Shown here: one piece after another, positions 26,785-40,400 of the stretch
Layout: every line of letters starts with the position of its first letter
Numbering within the stretch: the stretch's first letter is position 1
Assembly: GCF_006345805.1 (NCBI RefSeq)
Contig: NC_043005.1
Location: 106,516,001-106,580,000, forward strand
DNA from: Octopus sinensis
Lineage: Eukaryota
Direction: 5' to 3'
DNA length: 64,000 nucleotides
Made by a program: the position numbers and the translations under genes
Notes under the pieces: generated by a model
What the model saw: the letters and a program-made list of their open reading frames with translations, nothing else
Told to the model about the DNA's origin: nothing
Databases searched by the model: none

Positions 26785-27085
26785 ACATCTTTTAACGTTT
26801 ATCTTTTACTTATTTCACTCATTAGACTGCGGCCATGCTGGGGCACTGCTTTGAAGAAATTTTTAGTCGAATGAATCAATCCCAGTATTTAAATTTGTTT
26901 ATGCTGTGTACTTATTCTACCAATTTCTTTTGTTGACCTGCTAAGTTACGGGGACGAAAACACACACACACACGCGCACACTCATACACACACACATGAA
27001 AGGGCTTCTTTCAGTTTCTCTCAATCAAATTCACTCACAAGGCTTTGTTCGGCCCTAGGCTATAGCAGAAGACACTTGTCCAAAG
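26785..27085 (-). mobile_element. SINE family A (degenerate)
   Basis: Tail, CA microsatellite and head segments in the expected order. Confidence 0.75.
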
Positions 27086-27367
27086 TTTTACGCTTCTTAC
27101 CACAATACATATTCTACTCTTAGACTCTTACTGGTTTTAGTCTTTGGACTACGGCCATGCAGGAAGTACCACACTGAAGAGGCGACGAAAACTTTACAAC
27201 AACTTATTTCTTATTTCAAGAATGGTGCTTAATTTTGTGGTTTCATATTCTCCGATGCGCTAAGTTATTTACACGTAAACAAACCAGCACCTGTTGTGAA
27301 ACTCTGTAAACACAAAGGCAAAAGAGTCATGGAGATAAAAACAAAGGTATGCATCCATAAATACACA

Positions 27368-27398
<31 letters not shown>

Positions 27399-28791
27399 CA
27401 AACATACATACACAAACACACTCAGGTATAGAAAATGATTCTGCACAGTTTCCGTCTACTAAATTCACTTAGAAGCCATTGGTCAGACTGCATCAAACTC
27501 GAAACTTTGAATTTTCGAAACTGATATTTTAACCACAAGGCTATGCTTTTATATGTGCGTGTGTGTCTGCGTGCACATATTCCTGTGTGTATGTATACAT
27601 ACATACACATATATATTACATATATCTATGTATATACAATTACAGTTTTATAATCTTATCTCCTGATCTGGGGAAAATTTCATAGCAGTATGTGGATAAG
27701 AAAAAGACAAGACAGGTGAATTGCTTACTGCTGCTCCTACTGCTCCTACTGCTCCTACTGCTGCTGCTGCTGCTGGTGAAGTGCTACGCCATTATATTTG
27801 GTTAATTATAGTTTTTTTTGCTAAAATTGTGGTAGCGTCGTGTTGTTTTCTTCATTTTTCTTTCCTTTCTTAATTTTCGTCTTGTAATAAGAGGGTGTTA
27901 AATATTCACGTCTTGTTTACTTTGTAATGCTTAGCTACATGTTTAAAAAAGAAATATATATATATGTGTATATATGCATGTATGTATTATGTGTGTGTGT
28001 GTGTGTGTGGTGTGTGTGGTGTGTGTGTGTGTGTGTGTGTGTGCGTGTGTGTGTGTGTGAATATAAAATTCCCAGACGAAAAGGAAGACGATAAGAAAGG
28101 AAAAGTAAAGCAAGGAAGGTTGAAAGACATAAATATGAAAGAAAAAGAGTAAGAAAGAAATAAGAAAAGAAGTAAGGGGAAAAAGACGGAAAGAAATATA
28201 TAAAGGAAATAAATAAAGAAAAGAAAAAGAAAATTCCAAAGAAAAACAAGATATGAAAATTTTTATAAAAAAAAACTACGCCAACCAAAAATGTGAAAAA
28301 GAAACAAACTAATTATGACTAATAATTTGGTGTCAGTCGGTGCAGAGAAGTGACCCACAGGGTTAGTATCCAACATCAGGGCTCCAGTGGGTCTACCTTG
28401 CAGAGAGCGGGGGAGCTGGTTCTTAGTGAAGCAGGGGAAGAATATAAATGGTTGTAGTAAGAGTAAAGAGAACTTATTGTGTGGGTATGTGTGTGTGTGT
28501 GTGTGTGTGAGTGTGTATGTGTGTGTGTGTGTGTGTCTGGTAGGAGGGATGATAGGTACGTGTGAGTGAGGATGAAGGGTGCGTAGATGAAAGAGTTGTT
28601 AAAGGAAGGGAGTGGAAGAGTGAGAGAGAGAGAGCGAGAGAGAGAGAGAAGAGTGGTTGTTTGAAATTTGGTAAGTAGAAGGAAGAGTTAGAAGAGGATT
28701 GACAATACCAGAGCGAGATAGGGACAGAGAAAAACAGAGAAGAAAGACAAAGAGGTGACCATGCGTTACTGCGAATATATATATGTGTGTG

Positions 28792-28822
<31 letters not shown>

Positions 28823-30254
28823 ATAGGTTTCACACCAGGAATCTTGCAACCCAAATTCATATACGTATATGCATACACACACACGCACACACACACACAT
28901 GCACACACACACACACATACACATACATACATACATACATACATACATACATAGATACATACATACATACATACGACACACATATTTACAAACACACTCT
29001 CACACACACACACGCACACACACATACACATGCATAGATACATACATAGATACATACATACGACATACATACTTACAAACGCACTCACACACACACACAC
29101 GCACACACACATACACATACATACGACATACATACTTACAAACACACTCACACACACACACACATATACACGAACTGGTGAATTTCAGAAAGGGAAAAGT
29201 ATGTAGTGGCGAGTGTGCATTGTACATTATAATAGCAACTAAAATTTCGGGAATCTAAAACTGTTTCACGCTGCCGATTATTCAAACGATTAAAGTAGGA
29301 AAGGAGCATCATAATTATTTCAAAGATATTCGTAAACCCGATGATATATAAATAACCATTAAGATTATAATTGGTTTCGCCAAAAAGAAACGCTAAAAAA
29401 TGATCACATACAAAAAGCTATTCCCGCGTTTTATGCAATGGCCATCGTATATTCACTTATTCTCATTAAAAAACATGAAATGTTTGAATGTTTGCAAACC
29501 ACACGTGAGCAAAGGACGTGCCTTTTCTTAATAAAGTTGCTAAATATTTCGATGGCTTTTTGTAACAATTATTAAGAGTGTGGAAGTTTTATTGTGTGGG
29601 AAACAAACAAAAATTAGCTTGTCGGAAATACTCAATAAAAAATGTGCTTACAATAATTTGGATCTTTTGTTCAAAAGACTGTAATAGAATTACATATTTC
29701 TCCGCCAAACCAGGATCACGCCTTCTAGAACCTCAAGATTTTTCTATCATGGATTCTGTTGTGTCGACGTCCCCAGACGATGAAGTAGGCTAGCCCAATA
29801 TGTAGATATAGAGGGAGAAGTCTAGACGTCGTAAGTTGAGTAGAGGTCATCGGAAAGTGGCGACGAGGATTTCGTAGGTCACACAGCCACTGTGTAGTAT
29901 TGCGATATAACAGATTCATTAGTTTACATTTGATAATATCGCCCTTTGCATTTCGACTATATGTGGTGAGTGATGTGGTAATGCGTCTTTATACGCATAT
30001 ATGTGTGTATCTGTACACATGCAAGTACATAGTACTCATACACACATATATCCTTATAGGTATGTATATATGTATTTTTATAATATGTATGTATGTATAC
30101 AAAGAAGTTGAGTCAAACGTCCTTTTACTGCTAACATAAATCATTACTAAACGAAATCAGTTGACATCAATTAATCTTCTCTCCTGCATTCTCCTCACAT
30201 CTCTCCTTTCTCACCACACTTTCCATCCACCTCCCAACTGTACTTATTAAACTT

Positions 30255-30346
30255 CCGACCGTCATTTGAAGGCTAAAACAATGCGAAGCGCATTGTGGCC
30301 AGCGATGTGTAGCAACATCTGATAGCCTGGTCGTCTCGTGATTACA

Positions 30347-30347
<1 letters not shown>
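30255..30347 (+). mobile_element. Orphan retroposon-like 3' end with stem-loop
   Basis: ACAATGCG-AAG-CGCATTGT perfect 8-bp hairpin (30278-30296) followed by a (TA)n array. Confidence 0.4.
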
Positions 30348-30393
<46 letters not shown>

Positions 30394-30430
30394 TATATAT
30401 ATATATATAAATGCACACACATTTATCTAG

Positions 30431-30473
<43 letters not shown>

Positions 30474-30549
30474 TATGTATTCAGAGAGAGAGAGAGATAC
30501 ACATATATACATACATATATATGTGTGTATGTGTATATATCCAATACCA

Positions 30550-30678
30550 ATATATATTCCTTTATTGCTTACAGGGGGCTAAACATAGAGGGGACAAACA
30601 AGGACCCCCCACTGCGTAACTAATACTTATTTAATCGACCCCGAAAGGATAAAAGGCAAAGTCGATCTCGACGGAATA
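30550..30678 (-). mobile_element. SINE family B partial, with Tx1-like tail
   Basis: Reverse complement ...GTTTGTCCCCTCTATGTTTAGCCCCCTGTAAGCAATAAAGG. Confidence 0.75.
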
Positions 30679-30769
30679 GCCAATGATCATATTATATCGT
30701 AAATAACCACACTCACACAAGTTATTTTCAAATAGATAACAGCGCCCAAAAATATATGGCACGGAATTC

Positions 30770-31760
30770 GATATTAGGTCATCAGAAGAATTTCTGGATC
30801 TTTTCGGTTTGAACGGCAGTTTTTAACATAATTTCTAGGCAACTAAAAAATTTTAAACTTCGTATACTGGTAGAATGTGCTTATAAAACATCTTTTTCTC
30901 TTGGCTTTATTGAGAAAATTCTATAGTTTGTGAGATATTTGTTGTTGTTTTTTCTTCAATCTCTGAAATTTCAACCAATCAGTGACGTCTATTGAGTTAA
31001 AAAGCATTCTGTGCCGTATGAATATGTCCCTCATTTAAGAAACAGATTGGGTTTATTTACATTTGTGAAGAAAAAAAGATACCCTTCCCCCACCCCGAAC
31101 CCTAAACCTAAAAGAGATTGAAATGCAATAGATCGATTCTAGGGTCATAATTATGGGTGACAATTTCATATGACACCGCCAGAAAAAACTGCCGTTCAAA
31201 CCGAAAAGATCCGAATTTCTAAGCACTTTAAAACAAACAAATTAAAGAGCTACCAATTCTACTCTGGATCTAAAAAGTCTTTGAATTAACGTTACAGAAT
31301 TCGAAATTACCAAAACTATATTAAACACTAGATATCAGCAAAATTATATTTCAGAATTGCTGGTGACCTAAAATCAGAAGTAAATTTGCTGCTTTGCAGG
31401 CAAACTCTGCAACTAAAATTGGAGAGCTATGGCTGCCATGGCTACTTCATACGTTGTCAATACCTTAGTAGCGAAAATAGACCCTCGTTCACCACGTTCG
31501 ATTAAGCTACAGTACAGGATAAAATAATGTCTAAAACAAGCATAAAATATGCAGTTGAGAAGTAGACAACATACAAGTTGTGACGTTGAAAAATTAAAGA
31601 GAGCCTACAGAACAATTAAGTTCTAAAATCTAAGCCTCAAATCAATGCTAATACATTTCTAATAATAACCATTTAAATAAAAAGCAACCGTTACATTACA
31701 TCAGAGATACTAATCAATGGATATCCTTAAATTAAGCTAGTAAATACCCGACAGGCCTAA
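30770..31760 (+). mobile_element. Degenerate Penelope-like RT remnant interrupted by a MITE
   Basis: After removing the MITE: IRSSEEFLSTL, LDLKSL*INV..EITKTIL (cf. LDV.SLFTNVP), KRAYRTI, ILINGYP. Confidence 0.55.
30796..31212. mobile_element. 417-bp MITE, perfect 29-bp TIR, 8-bp TSD GAATTTCT
   Basis: GGATCTTTTCGGTTTGAACGGCAGTTTTT inverted at both ends; GAATTTCT at 30788-30795 and 31213-31220; GG termini with 8-bp TSD suggest Merlin (hAT or P not excluded). Confidence 0.95.
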
Positions 31761-31919
31761 AATAATATTTGTGGTAAACACACTCTTCTACACTTGAAAC
31801 ACTAGGCAGGAAAAATCCACAAAATATACTAAACACTGAATAATGACTGATATTCAAAAGACTAGTAGACCAGACTAATAATGAATAAAGAGAGAAATCT
31901 TATTCATTTATGCACCCTT

Positions 31920-32212
31920 CTCAAACCTAGCCAGGCTCATGGGCTCGGTTTCCCGGTTTCTATGGCTTATGCGTTCCCCCCAGCTGGACGGGACGCCAGT
32001 CCATCGAAGCTTTTACTCAAGAAACAGGAAGAAAGGGTGAGAGAAAGTTGGGGCGAAAGAGTACAACTGGGGTTGCCACCACCCCCTGCCGTAGCTTCGT
32101 AGTGCTTTAGGTGTTTTCGCTCAATAAACACTCACAACGCTCGGTCTGGGAATCGAAACCGCGATCCTCCGACCGCGAGTCCGCTGCCCTAACCACTGGG
32201 CCATTGCGCTTC
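31920..32212 (-). mobile_element. SINE family C, near full length
   Basis: Reverse complement TGGCCCAGTGGTTAGGGCAGCGGACTCGCGG...GTTTCGATTCCC...GGACTGGCGTCCCGTCCAG...GAAACCGGGAAACCG. Confidence 0.9.
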
Positions 32213-32253
32213 TACAAAGAGAGAAACGAATTAAACACACACACACAGACACG

Positions 32254-32306
<53 letters not shown>

Positions 32307-32428
32307 ACACACACATATACAACGAGTATTTCCTAAATCAAATGCCTATCAAGTACAGAACAAACGGACATATAATCGAAAGTGTTATAAAACAAAACCT
32401 AAATTATTCACACCAAACTTCTGATATA

Positions 32429-33291
32429 CAGGGTGTTCCATAAAAAACGCCGTATTTGAATTGTGCATCACTTTTGTGTTCTAAAGTTTGAAGGATTGCT
32501 TTTATCATGTTTGCTATCTTCACTCCGATAAATAGTTTTTGCTTGTTTTATCAGAATGGTGTGCAGTGTGTCATGGGGAGGTTTACAACTGAGCGATGGG
32601 TTGATATCGTGAAGACATTTTATCAAAACGGAGAAAGTGCGATGCAAACAGCTCGGACACTTCGTACCATTTTGGAGGGGAAATGAAGCACCCAACGGAG
32701 TCTACGGCTCGAAGACTAACGACATAGTTTAAAACAACTGGTTCAGATGCAACGACCAAATCGCCTGGGTAGAATCGTTCTCGTCGGACAGAGCAACAAA
32801 TTGCTGTTGTATGAGAAAGTCACTCTGACCCCGGAAAAATCGATTCGCCGATATTCAACAGGATGGAGTAACCTGCTACACTTCGTACCAAACGCTTACA
32901 TTACTCCACTAAAAATTTCCGCATGAATGATATCCTTGCATGGTGACCAGCAATAGCCACCAAGGTCCTGCGATCTTTCCCCTTGGGATTTCTTCTTATA
33001 GGGGTTTGTGAAATCACAGGTATACGTCGAGAAATCATGCACAATTCCTGAAGTTAAGGCTGAAATCAGGTGTGTAATTGGAGGCATCGGACCACACATC
33101 TATGAAAGAGTTATCGGAAATTTCGAGGAGCGCATAAATGTATGTAGACCCAGTGCAGGTGGACCGACATAGTGTTCCATACTTAAACGGGAGACATAAC
33201 TCATTAGAAATATGCAGAATATAACCATGTTTATAAGAATTCATTTTAATTATTTACCTTTCAAATTTGGCGCCTTTTATGGAACACCCTG
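32429..33291 (+). mobile_element. Internally deleted Tc1/mariner-superfamily element (863 bp)
   Basis: TA|CAGGGTGTTCCATAAAA...TTTTATGGAACACCCTG|TA; N-terminal RFTTERWVDIVKTFYQNGES and C-terminal *PPRSCDLSPWDFFL*GFVKSQVY motifs. Confidence 0.92.
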
Positions 33292-33344
33292 TATTACAAA
33301 AGCAAAGTTAAATGTCACCTTAGTAACAACGCATGACAGGTATG

Positions 33345-33535
33345 CAAGCTGGCAGAAACGTTAGCACACCGAGCGAAATGCCTTGTGGTATTTCGTCCGC
33401 CGCTGCGTTCTGAGTTCAAATTCCGCCGAGGTCGACTTTGTCCATCTGTCTGTCCTTGCCGAGGTCCATCTGTCAGTCCTTGTTTGTCTCCTCTGTGTTT
33501 AGCCCCTTGTGGGTAGTAAAGAAATAGAAATAGGT
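33345..33535 (+). mobile_element. SINE family B with Tx1-like tail
   Basis: GCTGGCAGAAACGTTAGC...GAGTTCAAATTCC...TGTGTTTAGCCCCTTGTGGGTAGTAAAGAAATAG. Confidence 0.85.
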
Positions 33536-34151
33536 ATGCAAACCCAATTACAATTTAAGAATGACCAAAGTCATTTCTAAATTTGACCGGAGAAGTGAAA
33601 GTTGCAAACTTCACGATTCCATTTGTGACCGAGGGCCACATGATTAAAACTCACTTTCTTGTAGGCTCACCATACATTTAATACAAGAAGAGAGGGGAGT
33701 TGCAAGACTTCACACCGCATGCCATAAAAGGATACCAAATTGAAAAACATTTTTCAGAAAATAATTCCTCACATTATAGAATTCCATACTGAAATAGTGG
33801 TATAATAGCAACACAAGGATATAATTTATATACAGTATACATATCTGTTACATGCAGATCGGATTACAAAGAAATCTAACCTTCCAGCAGTCACAATGTG
33901 TCGGGTAGGTCTGTATTAACATAAATCACCCGCTATAAAAAAGACAATATAGAAGTCAAACCTACTCCATATCATGAGGATTAGACCAGGATAGTATGAA
34001 ACCGTTGATACGACGAAATTGGGAACTTGAGTGTTTTGAATGAAATATTAGCACCTCATGTCCACGGATGAGAAAACTTTGAAAATATAGATTCAGTTAG
34101 AGCGTAGTCCGTGTTTAATACATATTTAAAGGGAAAACTGTTCCCTATGTT

Positions 34152-34210
<59 letters not shown>

Positions 34211-35509
34211 GGTGTGTGTGTGTGTGTGCGTGTGCGTGTGTGTGTGTGTATTTGAAGTTAAAGTTCAAATTGGAGATTTTAAAGTGTGTAGTATCAAAAG
34301 CTTACTTTGGGTATGCCCCTAGTAGTGTGCTTGCGGAGCAAGTTCACCTCTAATGGCCAACAGGCGTCATTCGCAGTACTGCACTTTTATCGCAGGATCT
34401 ACGTAAGGAATCCTTTCGGGTACGTTTAGTATATTTTAAATGATTGATACGGAAAGCAGAATGTCCTGGAAGCTTTATTAAGCACAACAATCGTTTCGTC
34501 TTTTTTCTCTCTTCCTTTCTCTTTCCTTCTACCTCCCCCTTCTCCCCCTCCTGTTATTTTCTCACTTATCCTATCTCCCAATTTTTTCCGCTCCCCTTCA
34601 TAATGCTCTCTGCGTCATTCTCTCTTCCTCACTCTTCTTCCCTTTCTCACGTGGCTCCCACGTGACCATCGGCCATCTTTCTTCTCCTAACTTGTGTTCC
34701 TTTATTTCTCTCCGTTGTAGCTGGACCAAGGAAGACGTATTCTTGTCTGTCTCCTGTCCAAGATTGATTTACGCGTTCGCCACCACAACCTCGTTTAGGT
34801 TTAGCAGCCCTTCCTGTTTGTTTTCACTGTCCTATTTCCGTTACCAATGTTGACCCTCCGTAAAATCCCAAATTTTATTTAATTTGCTTTGCGGGAGCAA
34901 CTGTTTTATCGAAAGCGTATATTGTTGGTAAATGCTCGAAATACGAGAGTACAAAAACAGGCATAACTGCTGAAGGGTCATTCTTTATGTTGTTTGTCTT
35001 GTTTTCCATTTGTGTCTTTCGTTGTTCGAAAAATAGTTCATATTCCATGTACTCGTACTTCGTATTTCTTGTACAATTTTCCTTTAATTTCTGAATTACT
35101 ACTATTTAGCGGTTTGAGTCTTGGCTGCTCTTTGTAGTGAGTCGAATGGCCTATCGGGGCCGTTTCTCAATGTTGTTAAAATTATATACATAGTCTGTGA
35201 CTATTTTCTCTTTCTCACTAGACCGCTGGTGGCAAAAAATTTCTATGGAATTTTTTACTACCCTTATATTGATTAATATATATATATATATATATATATC
35301 AGAGCGTAGGCTCGAAACGTAGAAGACTTTTCCATTTTTTCCCGAGCTCCAAACTAAATCACTTACTTGTTTATACACCTGTCTTCGTCGTTTGTTTTTC
35401 GATTAATTTCAACTATATGTGTGCGGGGTGGGGCGTGATTGCGTGTGCGTGTGTGTGTGTATGTATATGTGTGTGTGTGTATGTATATGTGTGTGTGTGT
35501 TACGTATGT

Positions 35510-36185
35510 AGACTCCATCATCAAGCTCAATTAACTGATGCGGAAAGTCGTTGGGGTGTCAACTGAGGAGTTTTCATAGTCAAATGTCGCCAGTGGTCTG
35601 TGTTCTTTGATATGCGTAGCAGGGTCGCAATGTTGTGACCTGTGCAGTGTTCGATGTTGTCAAATCAGGATTTTTCTCCTACAGCCTTTCTTTCGCTCCT
35701 TCCCCTCAATTGTGCCATGAGAAATGTCTTGGGGCAGGAAGTTGTGGCGGGATACATGATCAACCAGGCAAGCTTTTGTATATTTCCTTGCTCAAGGAAT
35801 GTTTACTGTCAACCAGCGTATTTGTTGTCCCCTTCAGCAAGTCCCTCTCCATTCAACATGATATTGGTTGTTGCGTTGTGCTTATAAACATAAACCAGGG
35901 TCTTGCCTTTTCCTGTGATGATTTCCATTCCGGATGCTCCTGATATTTTTTCCAGTCTGGTGATGTGGTCCTATAGTTCTGCTTGACTGCTTCCTAACAG
36001 GTCAATATCATCATCAAAGTGCAGGCTGGAAATGAGCCGGCCTTCAATGGAAACAGAGGGGTGGATGTCTCCAAGAGTTTCCTGCATGATGTTCTCCAGG
36101 AAGATGTTGAAAAGCACTGGAGAGACAATACATCTTTGTCGAACACCCACTGTTGTCCTGGAGGATTCTCCTACGTTGTTGTTCA
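35510..36185 (-). mobile_element. RTE-type LINE 3' fragment (RT to C-terminus)
   Basis: TVGVRQRCIVSPVLFNIFLENIM...LHFDDDIDLLG; downstream remnant resembling GR.RKSWFDNI..WTG. Confidence 0.8.
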
Positions 36186-36419
36186 GAACATACACATAAA
36201 TATGTTAATAGATATATGTGTGTATGTGTGTATAAGGATATACTTCTCTAGCATTGCATGTCTTAAGACACTTCTCTATATATTTATGCCTATGTGCATG
36301 CATGTACGTCATTATTCAGTTTCATTTCAAGATTTCTTGCCAATAGAGAAAGAGCTGGTTTCTAACCTAGATCCAAGGCTCCTTCACTGGAATTTCAACA
36401 TCAACGACAAGTTTTTTTG

Positions 36420-36648
36420 TATGTATGTATGTATGTATATATGTATGCATGTATGTATGTATGTATGTATGTATGAATGTATGTATCTATATATGTATGC
36501 ATGTATGTATGTATGTATGTATGTATGTATGTATGTATGAATGTATGTATGTATGTATGTATGTGTGTATGTATGTATGTATGTATGTATGTATGTATGT
36601 ATGTATGTATGTATGTATGTATGTATGTGTGTGTGTATGTATGTATAT
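36420..36648. repeat. (ATGT)n microsatellite at the 3' side of the R4-type fragment
   Basis: Direct repeats. Confidence 0.95.
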
Positions 36649-37250
36649 GTGCAGAATTGTATGTTTTACTTTATGTATATATTCTCATGCATATAGTTGC
36701 ATATCTAAGACATGCTCATATATATTTAAATGATAAACTTCTGGAAAGTTTTACAAATTTTTACAGTTCCAGTGATGAACTGAATCGGTAGTCTTTGAAT
36801 TAATTTTGTCCTCTTTGGATTTGAGAAGCCGAATTTTACAAGATTGGTATTTAGGCAGTGTGTTACATATTCCAGGACTCCAATAATTACAGGTATAGGC
36901 CTGAACTTGTAGTCTGGATATAGTAACTGCAGATTTCTCAATAGTCAGCGTAGGTAGTCTCTTCACTGATCTTCAGTTTTATGCTAACGTTCGCTAGGCA
37001 GCTAATTTCCACAGCTACACAGTTTCTCTTCCGCATCCCAAATCATTATATCAGGCCTGTTGTGCTTATATTTTATTGAGGTTTTCACTGGGACATTCCA
37101 CCAGTACTCTTTTTTATTATGAGTAGCTATGGCTTCTACCATTCTGAGAGTTCTTACATTTTTGTCCTCGGGGTGATCCTTCCGTCGGATTTCATTATAG
37201 AGTGTCCTAGCTACCTCAAGTCTCAGCGGTAGATAATACTGTGATGACAT
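36649..37250 (-). mobile_element. 5'-truncated R4/Dong-type LINE (restriction-like endonuclease domain plus short 3' UTR)
   Basis: MSSQYYLPLR.EVARTLYNEI...WWNVPVKTSIKYKHNRPDIMIWD...EISC; RNLQLLYPDYKFRPIPVIIG...TGTVKICKTFQKFII* (stop about 36726). Confidence 0.85.
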
Positions 37251-37354
37251 TATGTATGTATGTATGTATGTATGTATGTATGTATGTATGTATGTATGTA
37301 TGTATGTATGTATGTATGTATGTGTGTATGTATGTATGTATGTATGTATGTATG

Positions 37355-37426
<72 letters not shown>
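37251..37426. repeat. Compound (ATGT)n(ATCT)n array between the R4 and Tx1 elements
   Basis: Direct repeats, switching at about 37355. Confidence 0.97.
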
Positions 37427-40400
37427 CGTCTACAACACCACAAACTCAAAGCCCTCTTCCCAAATGCTGTAGGGGGTTTCCAGAAATATCTGTCCCAAAA
37501 ACTGTATAAAAACCTCCTCGAAGACACATCAAAGAACGAGGAAGCCAAAACTTTCGACACAAGTAAGTAACTCTCTGTACTTTCATTTTTGTGTTTTAAA
37601 GCACACACCCCAATAGAATCATGGTCAAGATTGGTTGTGTGAATGCGCGTGGCTTGGGGTCTCCTTGGAAACAAGGATACCTCCTAAATGACATCAAGTC
37701 ACATGATTTGGGAATCATAGCCATAAGTGAGACCAGACTCCACGAGCCACGGGCCCTAAAGTCCATGTTTGGCGGACAGTTTAACATTTATTCGCTCCCT
37801 GTCTGCCGAGGATGGGCGGTAGTGGCACCGCGGTACTTTTTCACAAGAGCCTGGATCTCGAAGTCAAGACGATATTCGTAGACCCGGAGGGTAGACTGGT
37901 CGTTCTGGATGTTGACGGCAGCAATGGGTACGCTTTCGACTCGTTCAGTCTACGCACCGCCCTTAACAGGTCGGGCGGATTTCTTTCGACGTCTAGAAGT
38001 ATTCTTGGGAACGTCTCGTCCTTTACTCTTAGTGGGGGATTGGAATGCTACCTTGGACACGCATGTAGACTACGTGGGTAGAGACAGAAACAGAAGGGGA
38101 TGCAAATGCCTCAGAGACCTGCTCAGACGATTCAAACTGTCTGAGATACCGACTCGACCACCCAAATGCACCAACGTGGACATGGAGCAACCGCAGTGGG
38201 TCGTCGAGATCGTATCTAGATAGGATACTGTGTAGGACAGTAGACAAGGATAACTTAGGATGTCCACAATTCCACACAGTCAGCTACACGGATCACAAAT
38301 TGGTGACGTGTACGCTAGACTTAGATAAGGCACATAGACAGGGTCCTGGGTACTGGAAACTGAACGCATCATTCCGTCCAGACAAGTTTTCAGAGACCGG
38401 ATTAGCACACTAGTAAAGAGGGCTTTGACGGGAGCCATCATCAACACAAATGGTGGTTTGCCCTCAAGAGAGCAGTAAAAGCAGAAGCGATTAGGTACAG
38501 CAAATCACTAGCCATAGATAGAAATAGAGTAGAGGGTGAGCTAGTTAAGAAGCTAGAAGAGGCAATTAGAAGCGGCATCGCATCCGACGTTTTGGCGGCG
38601 AGGTTGGCCCTCGACCAACACTTCAACGCCAAACACGAAGGATGTGCTGTCAGAGCTAGGATGCGTGCTCTAAGGAACGAAGGTGTTGGAGCCGCGAGAG
38701 AGGCCCGGGTGGCAGAGGCGCAACAAGGCAACAAAGCACCATTCGGTCACTGGTAGATGAACAGGGTCGCGAATTGCTCGAGCCAAGTTAAAATGTGTGA
38801 GGCCTTTCAGCAGCATTTTGCCCGACTGTTCGGGACGAGTGGAGGGCAAGAACGTAGGGTGGACTTCAGTGCCTACCTACATAGCCTGCCACGACTCTCG
38901 ACAAGAAAGGCAGGGTGTGTGTGAAGGTGCCATCACGGCGGCGGAAGTGTAGGAAGCGATAGCAGAATGCTCGAGAGACAAATCCCGGGTTTGGATGGTC
39001 TACCCTACGAGTTTTACAATTGTATGCCAGACTTGTTTGGGACGTCTTGGTAGCGGTATACTGCAACTGGCAGCAAAACGAGGAGCATACCTGGTTTTGT
39101 GAGTTGAGGAGCTGTAACTCTGCTGAAGAAAGATCCAAACAAGGGAAACATATAGATAACTATAGACCAATCACGCTGCTCAATGCAGACCTGAAATTTC
39201 GACAAAGGTGTTAGCCAAGAGGTTGGCGCTTGTCATCGAGAAACTGGTCGACAACGCACAAACGTGCGCCATGCCGGGCCGGAGCATCCATGACAACCTC
39301 CATCTGATGCGCTACATCATAGACAGGGTAGTTAACGAATCTGGCATGGGTGGGGCCCTGATCAACTTGGATCAATCGAAAGCCTTTGATAGGTAGACCA
39401 TCGATACTTGGAGGCAGTCCTGAGAGCGGCTGGTTTCGGTCCCGTCTTCCGCGGCTGGATAGCTGCCTTGTACAGAGGCATCCGTTCGGTAATTCGCGTA
39501 AATGGACATCTATCGAGACCTTTCGACATTGCACGTTCGGTCCGTCAGGGATGCCCCCTCTCGGCGCTTCTATACGTATTGACTCTTGAGCCACTACTGC
39601 GGAAGCTGGCGACTCTAAGGGGCATCCCGCGAGAATTGGGATGCGGGACGAGCGTGTCTGCATACGCGGACGACGTCACCGTCATAGTGTCAAGCCACGA
39701 GCACATCGAGCGGGTCGGCGAGACACTGAAAGACTACGAAGCGGTGACAGGAGCAAAAATCAACCGGGAAAAGTCAGTGGGCTTGCGGCTCGGCACCTGG
39801 AGAAGCAAGCCCATGCCGTCCACCAGTACCTCCGTCGTGGGACGCTGGACAGACGGCCCGGTTGAGTTGCTCGGGGTCTGGTTCGGTCCGGACCTCCAAA
39901 TGGAGAAGCACTGGAACGAGATAACGAGTAGGGTGGTCACTCTCGCCCAGCAATGGGCCGAGAGAAGGAAACTGTCCCTAAAAGGTCGGGCGGAGGTGGA
40001 ACGCGTACATCGCGTCCATCATCTACTACCGCCTGAGCGTCGTACCTTGTCCCGACCCTACCATCACCAAACTAGAAAGCATCCTCTTCCGCTTCTTGTG
40101 GAAAGATGCGTCCGATGGTCAGGCGATCCATTTGCTGTCAACACCCGTTAAAAGGAGGGCTGGGCATGCCGTGGTTGATGATGCGCAGACACGCGCTGAG
40201 ACTGCGACATCTCCGGCTCTATGTAGACGACGGTGAACAGGTGTGGTCGCCGTTTGTGAGGCACGCATTCCCGCAACTCGTCTCCATGACCGAACTACAG
40301 TCGTGGATCAAAAAGAGGCCGAGGAAGGGCGAATGGCACCGCGAGTGTCGCGTTGCTCTCAAGCAACTCTGCCGTCCGGGTCGACCTTGAGTGACTTCAA

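Noticed and set aside
30767-30785. Minus-strand CTGATGA-CCTAATATC-GAAT resembling the MITE hammerhead
   Set aside because: No GAAA or closing helices, and it lies in plus-strand PLE RT coding sequence; probably coincidental.
33800-34060. Possible PLE GIY-YIG remnant (IYSI...QIGLQRNLT)
   Set aside because: Too degenerate to call by eye.
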